A stretch of 64,000 bases of DNA from a virus. Lineage: Duplodnaviria > Caudoviricetes. This document shows, one piece after another, positions 7,583-14,548 of this stretch. Both the position numbers and the translations under genes were made by a program. The notes under the pieces were generated by a model that made no database searches, was not told the DNA's origin, and was given only the letters and a program-made list of their open reading frames with translations. The DNA lies in the IMG/VR virus record IMGVR_UViG_3300035208_001807, positions 64,001-128,000 of that record. One strand, given 5' to 3'. Numbering within the stretch: position 1 is the first letter of the stretch; each line of letters begins with the position of its first letter.

Positions 7583-8125
7583 ATGAAGAAGACATTGTAC
7601 AAGACAAAGTTCTTATCTCTTATCTCCGAGAAGGGATGGGTTTGGGCGGAGCGTACTGGGCGAGATTATATTGACCACAGGCTAGATGTCTCAGCTATCT
7701 TGGCCTATACAGAAGATGACAAAGTTCTTCTTGTTGAGCAGTATCGCATACCTGTTGGCGCGAATGTCATCGAACTACCCGCTGGTTTGATTGATCCCGG
7801 TGAGCGTGCTTCCCAAGCAGCCATGCGTGAGTTGCTCGAAGAGACTGGCTATACCGCAGAGTGGAACTCTCGATTCCCTCAGCTTCTAGCTAAGGTTCCT
7901 TCTTCGGCTGGCTTGACTTCTGAGTGTACCTATGTGTATATTATGCCTAAGGTATCTAAGAAGCGTGGGTGGAAGCCTAATCCGAAGGAGCCGTTGAAGG
8001 TCCATAAGGTTGATATTTATGGGCTAGCTAAGTGGATTGCCAAGAAGAAGAATGAGGGGTGCTACATCGATCCTCGTGTTTATGTGGCCGTGGCAACAGG
8101 TTGGAACGGTTTTACGCCCAGGTAG
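7583..8125 (+). CDS. Nudix hydrolase, ADP-ribose pyrophosphatase-like
   Basis: QYRIP..ELPAGLIDPGE..AAMRELLEETGY Nudix box. Confidence 0.92.
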   Translation: MKKTLYKTKFLSLISEKGWVWAERTGRDYIDHRLDVSAILAYTEDDKVLLVEQYRIPVGANVIELPAGLIDPGERASQAAMRELLEETGYTAEWNSRFPQLLAKVPSSAGLTSECTYVYIMPKVSKKRGWKPNPKEPLKVHKVDIYGLAKWIAKKKNEGCYIDPRVYVAVATGWNGFTPR

Positions 8126-8133
8126 ACCAATTT

Positions 8134-8209
8134 GTACCGGTAGCCCAACGGCAGAGGCATCTGGTTTAAGCCCAGACAAGTGTGGGTTCGAATCCCTCTC
8201 GGTACGCCA
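8134..8209 (+). tRNA. tRNA-Leu(TAA) with short variable arm
   Basis: tctgg-tt-taa-gc-ccaga, CCA end. Confidence 0.8.
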
Positions 8210-8213
8210 TATA

Positions 8214-8303
8214 TGGGCCGTAGTTCTAAGGGCAGAACAACCAGCGATGGCAGCATGCCTAGACCTAGGGAGATGGGAGGTTCAAGTCCTCCCCGGTCCA
8301 CCA
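8214..8303 (+). ncRNA. tRNA-like RNA with irregular anticodon domain
   Basis: Acceptor, D-arm, T-arm and CCA intact; no regular anticodon stem-loop. Confidence 0.55.
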
Positions 8304-8315
8304 AGTTGAGGAATT

Positions 8316-8606
8316 ATGAGTCGACAGAAACATTGGCAGCGTGAAACGTTCTATCGAGAGGTCTTTGTAAGAGACCAGTGCTGCCGTTTCTGTGGCGATA
8401 AGAAGGGTCCTTTCAATGCCCACCATATTACTAGCCGAGACTTGATGCCTAATGGTGGATATGTAAAGGAGAATGGTATCACTCTTTGTGAGCCGTGTCA
8501 TTTGATTGTTGAGAAGGCGGGGCCGGAGCAGCCTAACATCTTGTATGGCTTGATAGGCTCTAGTTACAAGAAAGCCTTAGCAGAATCAGAGAAGTTAAGT
8601 AAATAG
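8316..8606 (+). CDS. Small HNH endonuclease
   Basis: RDQCCRFCG..NAHHI..ENGITLCEPCH. Confidence 0.88.
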   Translation: MSRQKHWQRETFYREVFVRDQCCRFCGDKKGPFNAHHITSRDLMPNGGYVKENGITLCEPCHLIVEKAGPEQPNILYGLIGSSYKKALAESEKLSK

Positions 8607-8695
8607 CCCGAGTCGACTAATCGGCAGGTCAACTAGCGTTAGACAGTTGGTCCATCGTATAGTGGATGGGGGTTCGAATCCCTCCTTGGGCACCA
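8606..8695 (+). tRNA. tRNA-Leu-like (TAG in an irregular loop)
   Basis: gcccgag/cttgggc acceptor, long variable arm, GGTTCGAATCC, A73-CCA. Confidence 0.6.
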
Positions 8696-8711
8696 GTTGA
8701 GGTAGGACCTA

Positions 8712-8909
8712 ATGGCACCTAAAGTTAAGAGATCTGCTTACATCCGAATAGTATTTACCAAGAAGCTTCTTAAGGAATGTGGCCTTAAGAGTTTCGCCGA
8801 GTTCAAGCGTGCTGTTCGAAGGCGGGGCTATACTAGTATCACTGCTTTTCTTGATGATGCTATAGACGCACTAATCAAGAAGCTTGAGGCTAAGAAGCGC
8901 CGCCTGTAG
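8712..8909 (+). CDS. Small basic hypothetical protein
   Basis: RBS present, 65 aa. Confidence 0.6.
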   Translation: MAPKVKRSAYIRIVFTKKLLKECGLKSFAEFKRAVRRRGYTSITAFLDDAIDALIKKLEAKKRRL

Positions 8910-8982
8910 CCGAGGGAGTTTCCTAAACTCCTATCCGTAAGTGGAGCTGAGAATAAAGGTTCGAGTCCTTTCAGGCGGACCA
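8900..8982 (+). tRNA. tRNA-Arg(CCT) lacking a conventional D-arm
   Basis: ccgcctg/caggcgg, ggagt-tt-cct-aa-actcc, T-arm, CCA. Confidence 0.7.
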
Positions 8983-8996
8983 TTTGAGGAGCTAAG

Positions 8997-9275
8997 ATGT
9001 ATCCGATGTTCATTCCGATCTTTCTACCAGCACCTGCTGCACCAGTAACTGCAGCATCTTCAGCTGCTGCTGTAGCTGAGGCAGCCTCTGTTAAGGCAGC
9101 CGCTGTTACTGCTGGACTGGCTGCTCTTGGTATTCTAGTAGCTGTTGGTGGTATAGTTCTCGTTGATGAAGCTATGAAGCGTCATACCCCAGAGAAGCGT
9201 GGTCTCTTTCAAGAGATTAGCGCTATCTGGAATGTAATTGGTACTGTCAGAGCTGAAGCGAAGGCTAAGAAGTAA
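8997..9275 (+). CDS. Ala-rich membrane protein
   Basis: GAGGAG RBS, one hydrophobic helix. Confidence 0.7.
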   Translation: MYPMFIPIFLPAPAAPVTAASSAAAVAEAASVKAAAVTAGLAALGILVAVGGIVLVDEAMKRHTPEKRGLFQEISAIWNVIGTVRAEAKAKK

Positions 9276-9277
9276 TT

Positions 9278-9364
9278 GCGAGTATGGCGAAATGGCAGAC
9301 GCAACTGGCTTAGGACCAGTCGTCCGTAAGGGCATGATGGGTTCGACTCCCTCTACTCGCACCA
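9278..9364 (+). tRNA. tRNA-Leu(TAG)
   Basis: actgg-ct-tag-ga-ccagt, variable arm, CCA. Confidence 0.93.
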
Positions 9365-9528
9365 ATAAGGAAGTACTAAATGGATATTGTACTGATAGCT
9401 TTGCCATGGGTCATTGGTGGCATATGGGGTGTGTATTGTGCCCATAAGCGCTATGGACTTCTAGTTCTACTTGTGGGCTGTGTTGCTGGTGGTGTAGCAG
9501 TAGGACTACTTAAGATATTTATCCGTTC

Positions 9529-9602
9529 GCTCCTATAGTGTAGTGGTAGCCCGCCTCCATGGTAAGGAGGAAGCTCCAGTTCAATTCTGGGTGGGAGCTC
9601 CA
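9529..9602 (+). tRNA. tRNA-Thr(GGT)
   Basis: cctcc-at-ggt-aa-ggagg, CCA. Confidence 0.88.
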
Positions 9603-9617
9603 GTCGAGGAGAAGTAG

Positions 9618-9890
9618 ATGCCGTATATCAAGCCGGACGAACGCAAGAAGTTTCAGGTGATCGAGTTCGCTGTCGCGGACCTGATTACTGAACGAACTCC
9701 TCTGACTGCAGGTGATCTTAACTATCTGCTCACCCGAATTCTACATGCTCACCTTTATGCTAAGGGTGTTAGCTATACTACAATGAATGAGATCCTTGGG
9801 GTCTTGGAGGCTGCAAAGCTGGAGTTTAATCGTAGGATTGTAGCCCCCTACGAAGATGAGAAGATCAAGCAGAATGGTGATGTTGATTAA
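9618..9890 (+). CDS. Conserved phage hypothetical protein
   Basis: MPYIK..GDLNY..GVLEAAKLEFNRR..PYED.K..NGDV pattern common in phages. Confidence 0.8.
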   Translation: MPYIKPDERKKFQVIEFAVADLITERTPLTAGDLNYLLTRILHAHLYAKGVSYTTMNEILGVLEAAKLEFNRRIVAPYEDEKIKQNGDVD

Positions 9891-9909
9891 TCCCTTGAGG
9901 TAATAAGTA

Positions 9910-10275
9910 ATGCCCCGCCTTCATTCCCCTCGATGGAATTCTAGTATCTCTGAAGAGTACGTTCTTCATGTTGCCTCTATTGGTGAAGAGGTTAGTGTTG
10001 TAGTTGAGATTGACTATGATACTGTGGTCGATCGAAACTATGGTGCTGACCGCGATGGCCGACGTGGTGAGCGTACGCCCTTTCTTAATGATATGGCAAT
10101 CACCAATAAGGATGAAGTAGTAGCAGAGGTAGAGACTCAGTTAGACTTTGCTCTTACTGAAGAGCAGAAGACTGATCTCTTCAATGCTATTGAGAAGCAG
10201 TTTGAAGAACACGGTGACTGGGCTTCGGAGCCTGAACCTCCAAGTGGACCAGACCGATCTGATGAAGTAGATTAA
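9910..10275 (+). CDS. Acidic hypothetical protein
   Basis: GAGG RBS, 121 aa. Confidence 0.7.
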   Translation: MPRLHSPRWNSSISEEYVLHVASIGEEVSVVVEIDYDTVVDRNYGADRDGRRGERTPFLNDMAITNKDEVVAEVETQLDFALTEEQKTDLFNAIEKQFEEHGDWASEPEPPSGPDRSDEVD

Positions 10276-10284
10276 GGAGCTGTA

Positions 10285-10695
10285 ATGATGAATGGTCTTC
10301 TGGGTTTCAACTTGCTGATCATGATGTCAACTGCTAGCCGTCAGCATGGTGGCTTTGAGTTTGCTCTCTTCCCTGAATGGAAGGGTGTGAACCAGCGTGG
10401 GCGTACAATGGATTCCCTGCGTCGGTATCCTATCTGGCATTGGCTGATCTTTGACTTCATCTTTATCTATCCCTGGGCTCCTATGTCTAACCCTCAGAAC
10501 CACATGGATGGGCTTGAGGGAATGGACGAGCAAGGCGGAGGGCTTCCTCCTATGCTGAAGGAGATGTTGCTTCGTAAGATGGCCGAGCGTGGCACAGATA
10601 GTCCTGCTCCTGAAAAGAAGGAGGAACCTAAAGATGCCGTCAGTGACAAGAAGCCGGAAGCTGTCAAGGAAAAGCGTACCCGCAGACCTGACTAA
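10285..10695 (+). CDS. Hypothetical protein
   Basis: AAGGAG RBS, 136 aa. Confidence 0.65.
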   Translation: MMNGLLGFNLLIMMSTASRQHGGFEFALFPEWKGVNQRGRTMDSLRRYPIWHWLIFDFIFIYPWAPMSNPQNHMDGLEGMDEQGGGLPPMLKEMLLRKMAERGTDSPAPEKKEEPKDAVSDKKPEAVKEKRTRRPD

Positions 10696-11164
10696 GTTTC
10701 CAGACAAGGTCTATGTCTATCTGTCGGGGCCCCTTACTGCCGGGGATCTAATGGTCAACACATCTAAGGCCATCGAGATAGCTGATATCTTGATGAGCTT
10801 TGGGTTTATTGTATTCAACCCACACCTTAGTGTCTTAGGGAACATTGCCAAGCCTCGTAGCTATGAGAGCTGGATGACCCAAGACCTGGCCTGGGTTGAG
10901 CGTTGTGACTTCATCTTCCGTATGGACGGGAAGTCTCCTGGTGGAGATCGGGAAGTAGAGCATGGCAAGAAGCGCGGCATTCCCACCTTCTTTGATAAGC
11001 TTACCCCTGAAGCTGTATGCTGGAACCCTTCTACCTATAAGTGGGAACTAGCTAAGCAGCTACACTACTTTGTGAAGAGGCACTTGTGCTCAAAGTCATC
11101 AAGCAGGATATCCTCAAGATCAAAGAGGGTATTATCTGTCATCAGGTCAACTGCCAGGGCGTAA
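10634..11164 (+). CDS. Nucleoside 2-deoxyribosyltransferase-like protein
   Basis: VYLSGP..FNPH..CDFIF..SPGGDREV pattern. Confidence 0.7.
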   Translation: MPSVTRSRKLSRKSVPADLTKFPDKVYVYLSGPLTAGDLMVNTSKAIEIADILMSFGFIVFNPHLSVLGNIAKPRSYESWMTQDLAWVERCDFIFRMDGKSPGGDREVEHGKKRGIPTFFDKLTPEAVCWNPSTYKWELAKQLHYFVKRHLCSKSSSRISSRSKRVLSVIRSTARA

Positions 11165-11544
11165 TGGGCTCGGGTATTGCTAAGGCTATCCGAGACAAGT
11201 GGCCTCATGTTTACTCTGAGTATCAGAGATACTGTAGTGCCATGACTCCTCAGACCTTACTAGGAACTGCTCAGCTTACGCATGGAGCAGCAGGCATAAT
11301 GGTAGCCAATGTATTTGGTCAGCTACACTATGGTAGGCGCCGCGAGATATATACAGACTATGAGGCTGTAGATAAGGCCTTCGCTCGTGTGGCCCATTCG
11401 GCCAAGGATCTGATGGTACCTGTGCCATATCAGATCTACGTGCCTTATAATATGGGATGTGGCCTAGGCGGTGGTGACTGGACTAAGTACTCTGCCATCA
11501 TTCGGAAGCATGTTCCTAATGCTATCGTGTGTCAGTTAGAGTAG
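11086..11544 (+). CDS. Macrodomain protein (ADP-ribose processing)
   Basis: HQVNCQGVMGSGIA..PYNMGCGLGGGDW. Confidence 0.92.
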   Translation: MLKVIKQDILKIKEGIICHQVNCQGVMGSGIAKAIRDKWPHVYSEYQRYCSAMTPQTLLGTAQLTHGAAGIMVANVFGQLHYGRRREIYTDYEAVDKAFARVAHSAKDLMVPVPYQIYVPYNMGCGLGGGDWTKYSAIIRKHVPNAIVCQLE

Positions 11545-11553
11545 GAGAGAATC

Positions 11554-12030
11554 ATGGATCTGAAGAAGTTAAGTGACAACACTAATCGGTTCAACAGTTT
11601 TGTTGACCGCTTTACAGATAGTGAGAACCTTGCCTACTCTGCTATGATGGTAGCAGCTAGTAAGGCTTTTGATAGGACTATGTCCGCTAGCCTTATAGTC
11701 CTTGCTCTTACTGTTGTCTATCTGTATATGACTGGTGCTCATAATCTTATGGTAGCCGGTGGTCTTGTAGGTGGGTGCCTTACGCTCCTAGCTTCTAATG
11801 TGCTATCCTATTTCAACTATAAGGAAGCGCATAAGGAGTTTAGGTTCCACCTTTATGATGATGTAACTCGTCATCTCCGTGCAGTTCATCAGGAGCTGGA
11901 GCGGGTAAAGGCAGAGAAAACAGCAGAGCTGATTGCAGAGACACTTTCAGATGAGTCTTTGAAGAAGCTCATAAGCCTTGTAGATGGGTCTTGTGCCGGC
12001 CAGTGCGGGCATAAACACGAGAGAGGTTAG
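11554..12030 (+). CDS. Membrane protein with two TM helices
   Basis: Two hydrophobic helices, AGGAG RBS. Confidence 0.7.
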   Translation: MDLKKLSDNTNRFNSFVDRFTDSENLAYSAMMVAASKAFDRTMSASLIVLALTVVYLYMTGAHNLMVAGGLVGGCLTLLASNVLSYFNYKEAHKEFRFHLYDDVTRHLRAVHQELERVKAEKTAELIAETLSDESLKKLISLVDGSCAGQCGHKHERG

Positions 12031-12032
12031 TA

Positions 12033-12248
12033 ATGAAATTCATAGCTAAGAAGGTTGTTCAGCAGATCAAGCTCTATGAGATTGAAGCTACAGATCTCAA
12101 GGCAGCTCAGGCTGCAATTGATAACAATGACTTTAAGAAGAACCCTGAATTCATCGGCAGCATCTCTATGGAGACTGTCCGGGATAAATGGCTCAGTGTT
12201 GAGCCTGTTACTACGGAGCCACAAGGTGAAGAAAGACCTAAAGTCTAA
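12033..12248 (+). CDS. Hypothetical protein
   Basis: GAGG RBS, 71 aa. Confidence 0.65.
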   Translation: MKFIAKKVVQQIKLYEIEATDLKAAQAAIDNNDFKKNPEFIGSISMETVRDKWLSVEPVTTEPQGEERPKV

Positions 12249-12290
12249 GCAGAAGTTCACGATCAAACCTCAGGATAGAAAGAGGCGCGT

Positions 12291-12947
12291 GTGGCAGATC
12301 AACCCGATAACACGGGTGGTAGTCCACGGTCGCAGGAGCAAGTTGGACAAGATCAGGGAGCAAGAGAGCAGGCAGGTAGACGAGTAGGTGTATCAGATGA
12401 TTACCTACATAAGTTTATCTGGCCCTTGGCCCCCTGGAAGAACACAAGACTAGTTGTAGTACCGCTCAATTACTTAAGGAAGTTCACTTCCAAACCTCCT
12501 GGCCCGTGGCACAATCATCTGTATAGTGTAGCGAAAGCAGAGATGAAGCGCCGAGCGTTCATAACCTCGTCGGACTTCATCCACTTTACTGAGCATGCCT
12601 ATGAGCGATTCACCCAGTTCTTCCCCGGACTTGTGAAGCGTGTTCAGATAGTATCTCATCAGGTCTTTGGTGTTGGTGTCACTACTGTCATGAAGGCTCT
12701 GTTTAGGAAGGCTCTCGATACAGGGAGGACTACTCAAGCTCAGGGGAATGACGGACGCAACTATCATGTTGTGTATAGAAACTTTAGGTGGACGTATGGC
12801 CTCTACAAGTCGGGTAAAGAACAGGAGTTCAAAGTTATCTCGGTCTTCCCGACGGCGAAGAGGTATCGTCGTAAGCAGAAAGGGAAGCCAGCTGGTCAAG
12901 GCGGGAATGAGTCCGTTTCACCCTCTGGTTCTCCCAACCGCGGCTAA
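12291..12947 (+). CDS. Hypothetical protein (start uncertain)
   Basis: 218 aa ORF containing FTEHAYERF. Confidence 0.6.
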   Translation: MADQPDNTGGSPRSQEQVGQDQGAREQAGRRVGVSDDYLHKFIWPLAPWKNTRLVVVPLNYLRKFTSKPPGPWHNHLYSVAKAEMKRRAFITSSDFIHFTEHAYERFTQFFPGLVKRVQIVSHQVFGVGVTTVMKALFRKALDTGRTTQAQGNDGRNYHVVYRNFRWTYGLYKSGKEQEFKVISVFPTAKRYRRKQKGKPAGQGGNESVSPSGSPNRG

Positions 12948-13296
12948 CCTTGCTTCTGAATTCAGACTGAGTCCAAAGGGCTTTCATTTTCTGGCCAAGA
13001 CTAGTCCGATCACGCAGGGCGTTGCAAAGAAGCATCCTTTGCTTGCTATCCATCTTCTCCAGCTCTCTCTTAAGGAGGCGAAGGAGATTACGAGTAGGAC
13101 CACGGCCCAGGAGATCGACCTCAGGTATAAGGCCTTTAGATACCAGGCTATCTATCCACAGACCTAGCTTCTTATTCCTCAACTGTTTCCGGTCCCATAC
13201 AAGGCGCCGGGAATATTTGATTGGATGCTTTGAGAAGCCAATGTACATGGCTTCGTGGGTGGTAGGATCCCTTAAAATATAAGGTCTTTTGGTCAC
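12835..13296 (-). CDS. GIY-YIG-like homing endonuclease
   Basis: PYILRDP..MYIGFSKHP N-terminal motif and basic tail. Confidence 0.6.
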   Translation of the reverse strand: MTKRPYILRDPTTHEAMYIGFSKHPIKYSRRLVWDRKQLRNKKLGLWIDSLVSKGLIPEVDLLGRGPTRNLLRLLKRELEKMDSKQRMLLCNALRDRTSLGQKMKALWTQSEFRSKVSRGWENQRVKRTHSRLDQLASLSAYDDTSSPSGRPR

Positions 13297-13352
13297 TTTT
13301 GGGGCCTCTAGGTAGAGATAGTACCACTACCTAAGAAATAGTTCAAGAGTCC

Positions 13353-13381
13353 TTGACATAGATGTTCTAGGATGGTAACAT
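13353..13381 (+). promoter_or_regulatory. Sigma70-type promoter for the Y RNA array
   Basis: TTGACA-17 bp-TAACAT with extended -10 TG; first RNA unit starts 8 nt downstream. Confidence 0.75.
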
Positions 13382-13388
13382 CCTGATG

Positions 13389-13551
13389 CTAGGTAGTGAG
13401 AAGAGAGTTACTTCTACATGACAAACTCGTTGGCGGTAGGTAGCCCTCTTAGAGGGTAGGGAATCCGCTGGGCGATGAGCCCAAAGACCTAAGTAGCAAT
13501 ACTTAGGGAGCCTTGGTAACACTTGGCAAATCTCTCTTCAGTTTCTCCTAG
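13389..13551 (+). ncRNA. Y RNA-like unit 1
   Basis: ctagg-TAGTGA..GTTACTTC...TTTCT-cctag. Confidence 0.75.
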
Positions 13552-13561
13552 TATATATGAT

Positions 13562-13644
13562 CCGGGTAGTGAGGAGTGAGCTACTTCCTGTTAAGAAGAG
13601 GGTCCGGCTCTGCCGGCCCTTTGCTCTCTCTAGTTTTCTCCCGG
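13562..13644 (+). ncRNA. Y RNA-like unit 2
   Basis: ccggg-TAGTGA..CTACTTC...TTTTCT-cccgg; contains cttc-ctgttaa-gaag anticodon-like hairpin. Confidence 0.75.
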
Positions 13645-13657
13645 TATTAAGGTAGTT

Positions 13658-13717
13658 CAGGGTAGTGAGATTGGGAATCCTTCATAAGCGAATAAGGCCC
13701 GGTCAATTTACTCCCTG
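13658..13717 (+). ncRNA. Y RNA-like unit 3 (minimal)
   Basis: caggg-TAGTGA...TTTACT-ccctg. Confidence 0.7.
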
Positions 13718-13730
13718 TTTTTAGGTAGTA

Positions 13731-13928
13731 CTGAGTAGTGAGGAAGCGGTTACTTCTATTATAGAAGATCGTGGGGTAGCGACCACGACGCCTCTCAGAG
13801 GCAAAGCATAGTCGGGCAACCGACGGATGTGTGGAGCAGTTGGAACAAACGGCATCAATCCAAAGATTGAGATTGCCGTCTAAGATTCCAGCAAGTAGCC
13901 ACAAGAACCGACTCCGATTTTCTCTCAG
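13731..13928 (+). ncRNA. Y RNA-like unit 4 (large multi-hairpin insert)
   Basis: ctgag-TAGTGA..GTTACTTC...TTTTCT-ctcag. Confidence 0.75.
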
Positions 13929-13939
13929 GTAGTTTTTAC

Positions 13940-14136
13940 GCCGAGCAGTGAGAGCGGACATACTTCCTATCCTTGAATAGGGGTACCTTCCCGAGTGGGC
14001 GGGGCCTATTCGCAGGGTGGTTCTCCAGCATAAGACTCGTAACAGAGACGAGTGAAGGTGCTGGGCTAAAGAGCCTCCCGATTCCTGGGATTCGGATCAG
14101 ACTCAGGACTCTAAAGTCCTCTTAGTTTCTCTCGGC
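13940..14136 (+). ncRNA. Y RNA-like unit 5 (large insert)
   Basis: gccgag-CAGTGA..ATACTTC...TTTCT-ctcggc. Confidence 0.72.
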
Positions 14137-14139
14137 ATT

Positions 14140-14280
14140 TGGGGTAGTGAATTCGGAGTTACTTCATGCTAGAGGTCGTGGGTTCGAATCCCACTTATCG
14201 GACGCGCTCCGGTAATAGCTTAGTTGGTAGAGCACAAGCCTTCACCGCAAGGTGAGCAACTCTGGGTGACTTTCTCCCCA
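14140..14280 (+). ncRNA. yrlA: YrlA-type Y RNA with tRNA-mimic domain (unit 6)
   Basis: tgggg/cccca stem; T-arm GGTTCGAATCC precedes D-arm TAGCTTAGTTGGTAGAGC, the permuted order typical of YrlA; next to a Ro60 gene. Confidence 0.85.
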
Positions 14281-14295
14281 TTTATTAGGGTAGTT

Positions 14296-14416
14296 ACCAG
14301 GTAGTGAGAGTGGTATTCCTTCTGGTTTAATTGCTGGCCTTCGGGCTAGCAAGAGTGGGTTCTAATCCCACACCTCTATGCAAGTAGAGTTTAGGACCGC
14401 TCGATTTTCTCCTGGT
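14296..14416 (+). ncRNA. Y RNA-like unit 7
   Basis: accagg-TAGTGA...TTTTCT-cctggt with T-arm-like gtggg-ttctaat-cccac. Confidence 0.75.
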
Positions 14417-14429
14417 ATTTGAGGTAGCT

Positions 14430-14504
14430 GGGTCCGCGGTCAGCCGGGAACTGACACACTGCTAAATCGGTGAGAGGTGAGTTCGAGTCTCATAGGATCC
14501 ACCA
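14430..14504 (+). ncRNA. tRNA-like RNA ending the array
   Basis: Acceptor-like stem with ACCA, T-arm GTTCGAG, 5-bp D-stem, 6-nt loop ctaaat. Confidence 0.55.
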
Positions 14505-14548
14505 GTAAATGATATGGAATTCTAATCTTTGTTCCTGGAGGGACAACA

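Noticed and set aside
8214-8695. Fifth split-tRNA cassette around HNH 8316
   Set aside because: Both flanking tRNA-like genes have their own complete acceptor stems, so they are not halves of one gene.
13647-13961. 104 aa minus-strand ORF
   Set aside because: Antisense to structured Y RNA units with no recognisable protein features.
13389-14416. CRISPR array reading of the repeated GTAGTGA motif
   Set aside because: Repeats are short and bipartite with covarying stems, spacing varies from 60 to 200 nt, no cas genes are present, and the adjacent gene is Ro60.
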